Positions 53,686 through 64,000 of a stretch of 64,000 bases of DNA are shown in pieces. A program made the position numbers and the translations under genes. The notes beneath the pieces are model-generated. The model made no database searches and had not been told where the DNA came from. It saw nothing but the letters and a program-made list of their open reading frames with translations. Origin of the DNA: Phoronis australis (taxonomy: Eukaryota > Animalia > Phoronida); NCBI GenBank assembly GCA_002633005.1, contig NMRA01000704.1:124001-188000 (forward strand). Direction: 5' to 3'. Position 1 is the first letter of the stretch; each line of letters begins with the position of its first letter.

Positions 53686-54176
53686 GGACTGATCAGATTA
53701 CTGCGATTCTAGAAACCGATGAATTTATGGGACCGGTCTTTGGCGGTTGTCTTGCCAGTGATGAATTGTGTAACCTAGGAGTCGTTTCACATCCGCATGC
53801 TTACGTTTACAACTACGATCCTAGCTACAAACCTGGAACACACTGGGTGGCTATTTATCTAACCCAGCATGGAAAAGGAGAATACTTTGAATCTTACGGC
53901 TTGCCACCGCTATCGGACCACTTGCGAGTCCTTCTCGACAGAAATACGAATGGATGGACAACTCAGACCAGACAACTCCAGGGACTTTCGTCGACTGTTT
54001 TTGGACAATATTGTATATTTTATTTGTTATATCGGTGCCGTGGATGGAGCATGGACTTTATTGCGAATTTGTTTGATAAAGACACTAAAACTAACGATCG
54101 CTCTGTTTTAGAATTTGTGGACGGATTAATGAAATCGCAACTCGTACATGCATATACATATATATTCAACGTGTGA
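53682..54176 (+). CDS. Adenain/Ulp1-like maturation cysteine protease (open ORF, probably inactive)
   Basis: NYDPSYKPGTHWVAIY...YFESYGLPP...QLQGLSSTVFGQYC. Start overlaps the capsid stop (ATGA). Confidence 0.9.
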   Translation: MRTDQITAILETDEFMGPVFGGCLASDELCNLGVVSHPHAYVYNYDPSYKPGTHWVAIYLTQHGKGEYFESYGLPPLSDHLRVLLDRNTNGWTTQTRQLQGLSSTVFGQYCIFYLLYRCRGWSMDFIANLFDKDTKTNDRSVLEFVDGLMKSQLVHAYTYIFNV

Positions 54177-56659
54177 ACGCTCATTCTAACTGATGGTATT
54201 ACGCTACGGAGATTATTATATTGAAATTGAAATATTGGTTGTTGACGTGTGTTTGTTTACGAAAAAGAAAATAAATAAATATTGGAATAATCGGAAATGA
54301 TTATAATAATCTTGCCACAGAGGTATTGTTGGTACAAAACTTTTAGACAACTTCTGAGGATTTGCCTGTTTTTCGTCTACAAAAAATAATTATAAATCAA
54401 AAAAGGATATAAAATCTTGAATGTCGAATGTAGACGGTTGATCCAAAACAACAAAGGATTGAACACCAAGTACGCGAAACGGTACCTCTAAAGTGAAGAG
54501 TTAAGAAAATGATAGTTAAATTTGTCGATAGTTTTTTGACGAAATTGCACATGTTATTTATCGGTGTCGAGGATGGAGCATGGACTTTATTACTAAAACT
54601 GCACAACTCGTATACAAAAAGTTCTGATACTATTGAATATAGATGATCTATAACATAAAAAATAAAAAGCGAAAAAAAAATTAAGCAAATAGATATTTAA
54701 ACAAGGTTTTGAATATTGAATAAGGGGAACTGTTTATGATAAACTCACCACAGAGGTAGTGGTAGTACGGAACAGAATTATGAGGATGTCTGGATTATGA
54801 CACGGGCAACACGCTGTTTTCCTTTAGACAACTTCTGAGGATTTGCCTGTAAGTCATCTACAAAGAAAATAATAGTAATAAAAAACGCAAACGGACGGAT
54901 ATTTGAAATAAGGTCTTGGATATTCAATGTAGAGCAACAACGCGTCGATACGGAAAATCCATATTCAATGCGCGTTGAATTCAGAAAATCCATAATCAAC
55001 GACCCGTATTTCATGGCCCCTACTATCACGCGTATAGGATAAAATACATACACAAAACGTATCGAAAATGGCGTGCATGAAGTAATACAACACGAGACAT
55101 TATGCCGCCTATCGACAGAGACCCAAGGTCGAGGTCGATACGCGGCGTAATGTCTCGTGGGATATAGACAAGACAGAGATCGTGTACTATAGTTTACATA
55201 ACAGCCACAGGCTTCGCATACCGAAGTTAGCCATTACACGAATGCTCAAAACAAACCAGCACAACGGCTCAGCATGGTAGTGAGCTATTCAAAGTCATAT
55301 TCCTGGGTTGTACAAGGTCTGTGTTTTATTAAATATGTGATCTGACATGAATTTGTTGTTTGTTTATTATTCTAACTTCTGTTTTAATTATTTCAAATGG
55401 TCATCTAGTGTTATGATTTTAATTGTTTACTTTCTTGAAGCTGAACTGTCCCCTGGAATCTATCTACACAGGTTCTTAACAGGATGACACAGTGTTCACA
55501 GAAATATCCCAGAGCCAAATAACAAATTCCTAATATTGCCACATTGCGATGAATTTCGTATGATTTCCATTAGTTGACCTTAGTGAATCACTAAAGGAAT
55601 CTTAACAACTGTTATTAATATTGTTCTCGTGAGTCGCTTAGTTCAGTTGCACCCCATTACTGTCCTGGTGATATCCACATCAAACAGTGCATTTAAAAAT
55701 GGTATCAACAACCATGTTTTGTACTGGACTTAAGAAAGCAAAACTAGTTCTGTACATAACTGACAATGACCTTGATCACATTTGTTTTACTAGGCCAAAA
55801 CAGAAGCACCACCTTAATTTTAAAGTTTGTAACAATGACTTTATTATGACGTAGATGTGTTACACAGTGAAATCTTTGTTGAGCAAACTGTTGCATAGTT
55901 GCGTATATTTTACTTTCAGAAATTTCTTGAAACAGTACATGTTACCACTTGGAATGGGCAGCTTATAAACTCCGGAATTTAGTCCATTTCTTCCAAATTT
56001 TGATCTCGGATTAGATCAGCACATAGGTTCACAAGCCCAGCACAGAAAATCAAGTAGTTATCCACTGATTCTGTGCTTTACACTGGAATACTGGTACTCA
56101 AAATTTTGAAAACTTTTAAGTCTCCGTATTGCTCGCTCCAAATTGATTTTTTTCTGTGGAAATGCGTCATGTTTTTGCCAGACTTTTTTTACTAAGGTGT
56201 GACTTGCCTTTGGTGAAAGCTGGTATGTTTAACTTAACTCGTCTTGGAAACAGTCCAGTTCATCAATAGTAAAACCCCTATCTGCCATAACTTTTGTCTT
56301 TGGGTAAAAGGTATTTCAGAAATCCAGATTTTTGAACGGTACATGTATTTGTCACTACCCCAGTTCCCCCAAATGCTTTAGATACGTACATGGTGTACCC
56401 ATTTTTGGTGCAATTGCAACCATGTACTTTGCAGTATTGTGTGATTTGTACTGGCTTTAGATTTCACTCCCTATCAATGATTTCAACTCAGCTGATCTGC
56501 TACCAAATACAAAACACAAGCAGGCACACCAGCTCAGAAGGCTGGTTTTACAGACAGGCTGTACTGACTCCAGTGTTTAGTCTAGCATGCATGTAATGGC
56601 CTGACCTCAATATGGCGCTCCCCAGGAATTCGGCAGTTTCCGTGATGGAATCTGCCTAT

Positions 56660-57358
56660 ATACACAAAACGTACCAAGAGTGGCGTACATGAAGTAATAT
56701 CCCACGAGACATTATTACATGGAATAATGTCGAGTGGGTTATTACTTCATGTACGCCAATCGAGGTACGTTGTGTAATTATGCCATACGCTTCGAATTCC
56801 TAAGTTCCTTTCATTTTTTCCGCAGATTTTAAAAAAACTTCACTCAGACTGTTCACATCCTATATGAATGTACTTACGCGTTAGGCTGCAAGTTTTCTCT
56901 AGTAAAAGAAACAGTTTTAAGCGTGACGATTTATTTCTTGAAAAGAGATAACAAAGATGAAAACAAGGGTAACTTTTCATTGAACTTGTAACATCTCCTG
57001 AAAATAGTTAAATAACAACAATATTTGATATTGTAGCTACCGATGAATCGGCGCCCAAGTTGCAGACGATAAAATATTTAGCAAATGAAAACTGGCCCAG
57101 GGACAGTCTTGTTCCAGATGTTACGATTGAGACCTGGTTGTATGTTGGACGTTATTCACACTGCTATACATGTAATTGTATTACCTCAAACTATTTTCCA
57201 AAAGTTTGGTGATTGAACCGACGTCGAGTCGACATTGACCTATCTTTTGAACTTCCCATGTCAGAGGTCACTGTTGAAGTAGTGCGCGAGGTGAATACGG
57301 AAAACGTTATTGCATGGCCGTATTTCCCTCTACAGATTCAATGTGTATGGGATAAAAT
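56660..57358 (+). mobile_element. Hairpin-ended element family C, copy 2 (shorter)
   Basis: Colinear with 35426-36516 except for a missing ~360-bp internal block. Confidence 0.75.
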
Positions 57359-57756
57359 ACAATATCTGAGCATGGCATACGCGCGCAAGTAATATTTTGA
57401 TATTTTGGTCTGAGTACACACGCAAACTTAATCAAATTTTCAGCAGACAATGATCAGAAATTCTCACTAACCTCAGTAATGAACGTTCACTTGTGTTGGT
57501 CCAATGTAAGTTAGGCAGCAATCTTATTCTCAAATCATTGCAGAAGGGGCATACACAAATAAAGTGAAATTCTTCAATAACAGTTAACCAGAGCTTTGTT
57601 TACATAAAGAACATATACGTAGATATTTATCAACAGATAGATGTCGTCCCACCTCGGCCGGCAGTCTGCTGTTCGAAAATCGAAACCTTGAAAAGGGACT
57701 TATGAAGTGACTTCTGTATTTCTCAAGTAACGTTCTGTTTCACATGTTTTATTTAG

Positions 57757-57944
57757 GACGATTATCAAGTCATCGTCAGTGACTGGCATTATCCACGCTC
57801 GTTCATATTCTTAACGATAAGGGAGCAAATTCATCTTGATATGAACAGGAAACTTTATCCCAAGACTGGACCCGACGGCACACCTGTTGACAAAAGTGGG
57901 ACCCTGATTTCTGTGACTGCCTGTAAGCTGAGTGGTGGGGCGTG
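57757..57944 (+). CDS. PAN + LamG gene, exon 5
   Basis: DDYQVIVSDWHYPRSFIFL...KLSGGAW, an open frame. Acceptor ttttatttag, donor GTAAGT. The split TG|G codon yields the W of WHDV. Confidence 0.8.
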
Positions 57945-59519
57945 GTAAGTCTAGTCGGAAGTCGTCTGTCAAGTGTTTGATCCCCTAACGGCCGGGTGAG
58001 ATCACAAGTTGTGGAAACCTGAAGAGCTTGTCAATGTTTACTGTTTGTTGTTTAGATCGTCAATCTAATCACTTTTAAAACCAAAAATGCGGTTCCCATG
58101 CCAAATTTAGTGGTAGCAATTTCATTATTTTTCCGCTAAACTTGAAATTGGATCTTTTTTGCATTGTGACACAATTTTCCTGGTATTCCGAATTCCATCA
58201 AACTTGAGTTACCGTGGTTTGTAGATTCAGTTAAGAGTAGTATAGTATCCTGCCAATAAGAGCGAAAAAAGTGCCGGTATACAGCCTGCAGTCAGAAAGA
58301 ATCCTTGTGGACATTACAGTTGGTGGAATTAATCTCGTTAATTTTTCTGAAATATTTACGTGTTTTCAAAACACGTAGGGACTCACTTAATGGTATTTTA
58401 CCGAAACAAGGTGGTTTTTCTCTCGCGCCCGTGTCCTGTTTATTGTATTTTTGTATTTATTTAATAGTGACAAATACAATTAATTCAAACAGTATTAGAT
58501 ATAACACTCGTAAGAATGATAAGTACCCAGCCCAGCTGGGCTTATTAGTCACTTTGACCGCACAACTCAGATGTACCATCAATGCGATGGTTTCTAATAT
58601 TTGATGAATTGCTTAGGGAAATACTGAAACAGCAGTTTTTACGTATCTAATCTTTCCAAATTTGCAAAGTTCTGGACTTGAGGTGAAACATTGTGAATTA
58701 GAATAGACCTCCGTGAGTTATAAAGAGAACAATAAAACACAAAATGTAGCTCATCCTCCACAGAGTCAGTATCACAACACAAGCAGTTTTTCATTTACAG
58801 GAGTGTTTACATAACGACCAGTTTCCAAGTGCAATGGGAGATTTCCCTTTCTAAACTGAGCCAAAGGAGATCGCTCGGAAGGAGATAAATTAAGCTTCAT
58901 ACATTGTTCAGTTAAAAACTCGTAAAATATAGGTTCTTAACTTGGGCTTTGTTGCAACAGACTCAGCTAAACGTTTCGAGTATTCAATTAGTTTGTTTCT
59001 AGCATCTACAAATGGCCACACACGATTGCATGCCAATTATGATAAACAATTTTTGGTACCGCCTATCCAACAATTTCTACCAACAGAGTACTCCCATAAA
59101 AATGTCTTTTGTAATAACCTATCATTACTTGTGGTCACCAATTTGTCCCAAAGACGCAAAGTATTCAATTTAAGTCTGTTTCTGGTCCAGTTTCACCCCC
59201 TTGTCACCACTAACACCATAAGTGGCTGCAAATCGCATAGCTGATATAAAAATTTTCATCATTACCAAAATTTTGTAACCCCAAACAGATGACCCGTAAT
59301 CCAAAATTGATGCCACACACGAATTTTAATTATTTAAAAATAATGTCCTTGATTAATTGGTCAATAAATGACTGATACATTAAATCAAATTGGTACTGGT
59401 GTTTATAGGATAACAATAATAAATCCATTTCTTTATTAAATATCACTTTATTACTGATCTCTGCCTACTGAATTTTTAAAGAGTATTTCAATCTAAACGT
59501 CTATCGATAACAGGTGCAC

Positions 59520-60146
59520 ATTTCTCACATTCCCTGGAATGTGTTACGACACGACTGGTTAATTACACCAAGTACTTAATTTTTTGATAATACATCGGCG
59601 AATCACAAAGTAGTGCAAAGTAGAAATTCATACGCTTTACATTTTATCGTCTAAAAACACTAATACCAACAAAGAAACGCGCGCCAACCAAACAATGCTG
59701 GAATTCCGTAAATGTGACTAGATGACTAGGTTATGACTGACAAATTGGGTATCGCAACTGTATTCCCAGGTGGGAAGACATGCAAACAGCTTCTTAAACG
59801 GACCCATCTTCGAATTCCATCGCCACGTTTTATCAAACGGAGACGAACCCCAACTCGAGACGCGCGGTGAGACTGTCTAGCTGTGTTGTCTCGGTCTCGA
59901 ACATTTGTTACAAAGGCTGAATGCAATTTGCAATTGTTTAGCTTAAAACAAAACTATTAACAAAAAGTAACTGAGTTTACTTTACATTGCTCAAGTTGCT
60001 TCATGTGGTTGAAATTTTAAACACGTCGAAATTTTCGAAAAATAAGATCGTTTTTACGGTTCACGTGAGAAAACAAATCCTGCACTAGTCTCAGGTTCAT
60101 GACATGGGCAAACCCTCTTTGAAATTTCGTCGAAATCCCGAGGCTT
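59520..60146 (-). mobile_element. Hairpin-ended element family B, copy 2 (truncated at the hairpin loop)
   Basis: Reverse match to 34770-35410 joined to 36520-36578. Confidence 0.75.
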
Positions 60147-60201
60147 ATTCTCTACATGTTTTCACCAGACGAAGAGTTTTACAACTGTAAAACAAGAACA
60201 G

Positions 60202-60591
60202 GGCCCGGTCTCTAATCTTTGTACTCGAAACTATTTTTGGCAATTTCTCTGCTCCTTTTGTGCGAACTTAAGATAATTGGTTATCAGACTGTGCTCGAAT
60301 ACATTATAGTTTATGCATAGGAGTTTCTAGTTCAAGTTTGCCCTTGAAGACCCTTATATTCGTGCTACAAACTCGAGTAAAAACTCCAAATTTCGAGTTC
60401 AAACTCGAACTTATTGCTTTAATATTAGGTTTACAAACTGTGAACTAAGGGCAATAAATTATATACGTAAGTTATTGTGTACTCGAGCATAGAGTAATAG
60501 ACACTTATCTTGAGTTCGCCCAAAAGTTGAGTAGAAAATGTCAAACCTAATTTCGAGTTCCATTTCGAGTAAAAATATTGGAGACCGGGCC
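60202..60591. mobile_element. PIF/Harbinger-type MITE
   Basis: TIR GGCCCGGTCTC...GAGACCGGGCC flanked by a 3-bp CAG target-site duplication. Confidence 0.8.
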
Positions 60592-61992
60592 CAGAATGAT
60601 CTGGTGTTCTACATCTTAGACCAATCAATGCGTGGATACATAACATTTAAACAATATCATAAGTCTTAGTAAAAGAAAACGACATACAATTCTTCAAATT
60701 ATATTTTGGTCGGTTAAAATATAATCTGCTGCAGTATTTCCTCAACCCGAGACAGATGTAAAGCTGTTACATTCTGGAGTAATTGCCATTTAGCTAAATT
60801 CGAATCTTTCAATTAAAGTGTCACTAAATCGCTTGGTCTGGAAATCTATGGCCTGTCTTGGTCAACTTTGAAAATGTCTTGAATGAAATCTATCTTGTTG
60901 CCTGTAATTGCGTTAAAGTCTCCACAGATAAAGAAATTGCTAAAATCACTGAAGTTGTACAATTGATTGATTAGATGAGAATAAATGTCATCAATGTTCT
61001 TGCTTCTGTTTGAACCCTCGGGAGGAATGTTGCATGTATAAATTACAACACAATCTTCAGACATAATGCTTTTAAACTTTACGCCTAGAATGCAACCATC
61101 AAAGAATTTATCAATAACCCTTATATCAAACATACTGTGTTTTATAAGAATAGCAACACCCCCATAATGTTTGGGAGCGCTAATGTGTAAATTTTCACTG
61201 TTGCAACCAATATATCGATATCTTTCAACTTGAATGATATCGTTAAATCATAAATGTGTCTCATTCAGAGAAACAACATCACAGCCAAAATGGTAAATTG
61301 CTAGTTTTCGCAGAACATTATTGTGAGCCGAGCACCCATTGACATTCCAATGAGCTATGGGGAATTCGAGCCAACTGTGCAGGGCGTCCGTCCTATTCAG
61401 CTTCGCTAGTAGTAGACGATATGCTATAAAACTGTTTGGCTGTCGTGTGTCTGATATTTTGGCATACTGTAGGAAAGAAAATCGGTTGTCAATGGTCTTC
61501 CATGAGAGGGACGCTTCATAAATTTCAAATTGTACAACAGATCCCACTGGTGGTCCATATTGAAACAACGCAGACATTTAAGTTCAAGCGGCTGTAAACC
61601 AGCGCTCCCCCCAAAAGCGATTTTTGTGAAGAACAGCGAGTAAACTCAGTTTCAACTTTTATTCGTACTCAGATGATACTTGATTTCTGTTTCCAAAGAG
61701 GTGACAGTTGACGTTATACCGTTAGATGATGCTCAGAATATAAAGTGACTCGCCGTGACAAGCCACCTCGGCCGGGGGAGCCTGTCCTAAAGCAATGGCA
61801 AAGTCCTGAAATCTTCTCCAGTTTGACCAATGAAAATTGTCACCTACTCCATAACAGGAGACGATCTAAATCAGAAGACGTTTCTTTGTGATGAAAGGGG
61901 CACTAGATTCACTGAACTTTTAGATATTTCAAAATCAACCCACGTGAGTATTTGCGACGTTCTATAGCTTTCTTGTGTTTGATTATCAATAG

Positions 61993-62284
61993 GCATGATG
62001 TCGGTTTCTCGTGGGATTTTTGCAAGGGTGAAGCTGTTCTCTACCTAGATGGTGAAATTTGCAAGACTTCCACGACGACCTACCCAGACCACCGATTACA
62101 AGACAACAACCAAACTTTCTTAACAATTGGCTTCAACCCTACTGATTCGGAAGGCTTTTTTACTGGCTCTATTCGCCACGTGTGCATTGGTCGAGGGGCT
62201 CACATGCCGACAAAGACCAACACATGTGCGTTCTACTCCATAGACGAACTCGAGCGCATTTCAGATGACGTTTCATCATTGTAA
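61993..62284 (+). CDS. PAN + LamG gene, terminal exon 6
   Basis: WHDVGFSWDFCKGEAVLYLDG...LTIG...FFTGSIRHVCI fits the LamG/pentraxin/ConA-like consensus. Joined CDS is 978 nt, 325 aa. Confidence 0.88.
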
Positions 62285-62792
62285 TCGTTGTAAACGAGTA
62301 GCTACGAGTTGAGCTGTCTGCCTCAAGCGAACGATAGTTGCGCTGAGGGCTCACGTCAAGATATGGAAATACTAATAATAATGTGCTAGCCGCTAGTGTA
62401 TGCAATTTCTTTCGCTCTGACGTGAGCTGTTAGCTGCAGTTAATATTGACGCTTCAAGCACGTAGCTCAAGATCAGTGCGTCTGTGACGTAGCTCTCCAA
62501 TTCTGCGTTTGCCCAAATTGTCGTCCTTCTGTCGTCACGTATTTTGTTTGTAAACCAACATGATTGAACCTTGAATGTTGTTTACGTAGTTTTTATGACC
62601 CCAAAACAAAGTTGTAGTCGTAAAGTCAGTATTTCGGCTGTCATTCATCCGTCCTTCGTTACCTCTGATTGGCCGTTATGATCTCAAGACAAGTTTTGAT
62701 GAAAGTTGACAAATAGGTACGAAATGTAAATGTGCCGATATCGGTCGACTTGCGTCTGTGTATATAGCGACATATAGCATGGACGGCGTTTA

Positions 62793-62920
62793 ACTGAAAT
62801 AAGTGGGGGATATAGCCCCCCAGCTCCCATGGTGCGCTGCCCGTGATCACTTGGACAGTGCAGCACTGAAATAAGTGGGGGTATAGCCCCCCAGCCCCCC
62901 TATGGTGAGCCGCCCATGTA
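62793..62920. repeat. Two ~55-bp direct repeats (actgaaataagtggggg...atggtg), probably MITE termini
   Basis: Near-identical units about 72 bp apart. Confidence 0.6.
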
Positions 62921-64000
62921 TATTCGTTATTACATTAAACTTTCGTTACACGCCATCTTGTCTTGTTTTGTGTGAATCCACTAGATGGATTACGATAACT
63001 TAAGGAATCCAATACCGACCTAATATCTACAGTCTAAATGTAAAACATTTCTCAGGAAAGTGGTGTACATCAGGCGTATCCTCAGTTGCTGACCTCCCTG
63101 ATAAGATGGCACCACACGCCTGTAAACAATGACAATTTTTTTCAAGATTCGCTGTGAGATGCCATTATTTACAAAATTCTCCAAGCACTTTAGAGCCATT
63201 CCACGAGAAATTCAAAAGAAATAAAAAATGACTATAGGAGTAATCTTTCCGATTCAACTTAAAATTTGTGTAGGTGATTGTACTATGGCTCACCAATTTT
63301 GCACTTATTGACCTCGTTAGTTTTTTACCTATAGGCCTTCAATGGTTTGCGAAGAAAGTGACATGCATTTGCATACCGAAAACAGCAATTTCCCATTATA
63401 AGGTAGGTTGCATGCCATGAGAGAAAATATATAATGGGATTAGGAAGTGAGGCACGAGGACTACCAAATAATTCCATCACGTGACAGAACAGTAGGAGAG
63501 TTGGCTTTAAATAGGCGAGGTAATGTTCAAGTAGGTCTTGATTCTCGTCCAGTTTCTGATGATACTCCTCTCCCTAGAAGGCATTAGTCTATAAAACTTA
63601 GGTAATGCTACATGTATTTCACACAAACCATGAATGAGCTGGGCGATTACACTGTTGTTTTTAGAAATTTTTGTATGCTGAATTTTCTTTTTTGAAAACT
63701 TCTATGTTAACGTTGCATTTTTTTTCTATTCTATTGTCATGTATTCCTTGGTAAAGTTTGCACGAAGATTTTGGAAATCGGTGATTGATTTTCTACGTGG
63801 ATTATTCTTTTTTATTGAGTTGAAGTCTGTAATTGTGCCTAGAATAGTAACAAGGGCTTGAATTCACAACTTTTGTTGATAAATGGCTACATGTTATTTG
63901 GAAGTTGTGGTATATCAGCCCTTTGATTGTTTACACTTAAATATAACACGATAATTTAGTTTCCGAACTTTCTGTGCAGTCTCTGTGGATGTCCTCGAGC

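Larger units (their letters stand above)
45276..54940. mobile_element. Degenerate Polinton/Maverick (adintovirus-like endogenous virus)
   Basis: Cluster of pPolB, integrase, penton, core-like protein, major capsid and protease in Polinton arrangement. Candidate left terminus AGCAGTATAGTTA. No right TIR found. Confidence 0.93.
58560..61360 (-). pseudogene. Fragmented LINE with APE endonuclease (CR1/L2/Daphne-like), RT core mostly missing
   Basis: IAHWNVNG...SLNETHL, GGVAILI, YTCNIPPEGS and ICGDFNAITG. C-terminal piece SVVASILDYGSSVWG near 59300. Split by younger insertions. Confidence 0.75.

Overview
AT-rich, repeat-dense eukaryotic genomic DNA, probably from an invertebrate animal (inference), with two assembly gaps. 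I reconstructed two spliced host genes by hand, with consistent GT-AG sites and reading phases. (1) A minus-strand GT7-family beta-1,4-galactosyltransferase-like gene with 6 coding exons (8331-473, 343 aa). (2) A plus-strand gene for a predicted secreted PAN/Apple plus LamG/concanavalin-A-like protein with 6 exons (33643-62284, 325 aa). Intron 4 of the second gene holds a decayed endogenous Polinton/Maverick (adintovirus-like) element at about 45.3-54.9 kb. It retains a protein-primed PolB with vOTU-like and Vsr-like domains, an rve integrase with chromodomain, a small two-TM ORF, penton, a basic core-like protein, the major capsid and an adenain protease. It has a central deletion and no recognisable packaging ATPase. 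The rest of the window contains Kolobok-type elements (THAP and KolX-like remnants), LINE fragments, many MITEs, a multi-level nest of elements, and two unrelated non-coding families that share a DIRS-like internal-complementary-region layout. Family assignments come from motif recall, not database searches, and most repeat boundaries are approximate.
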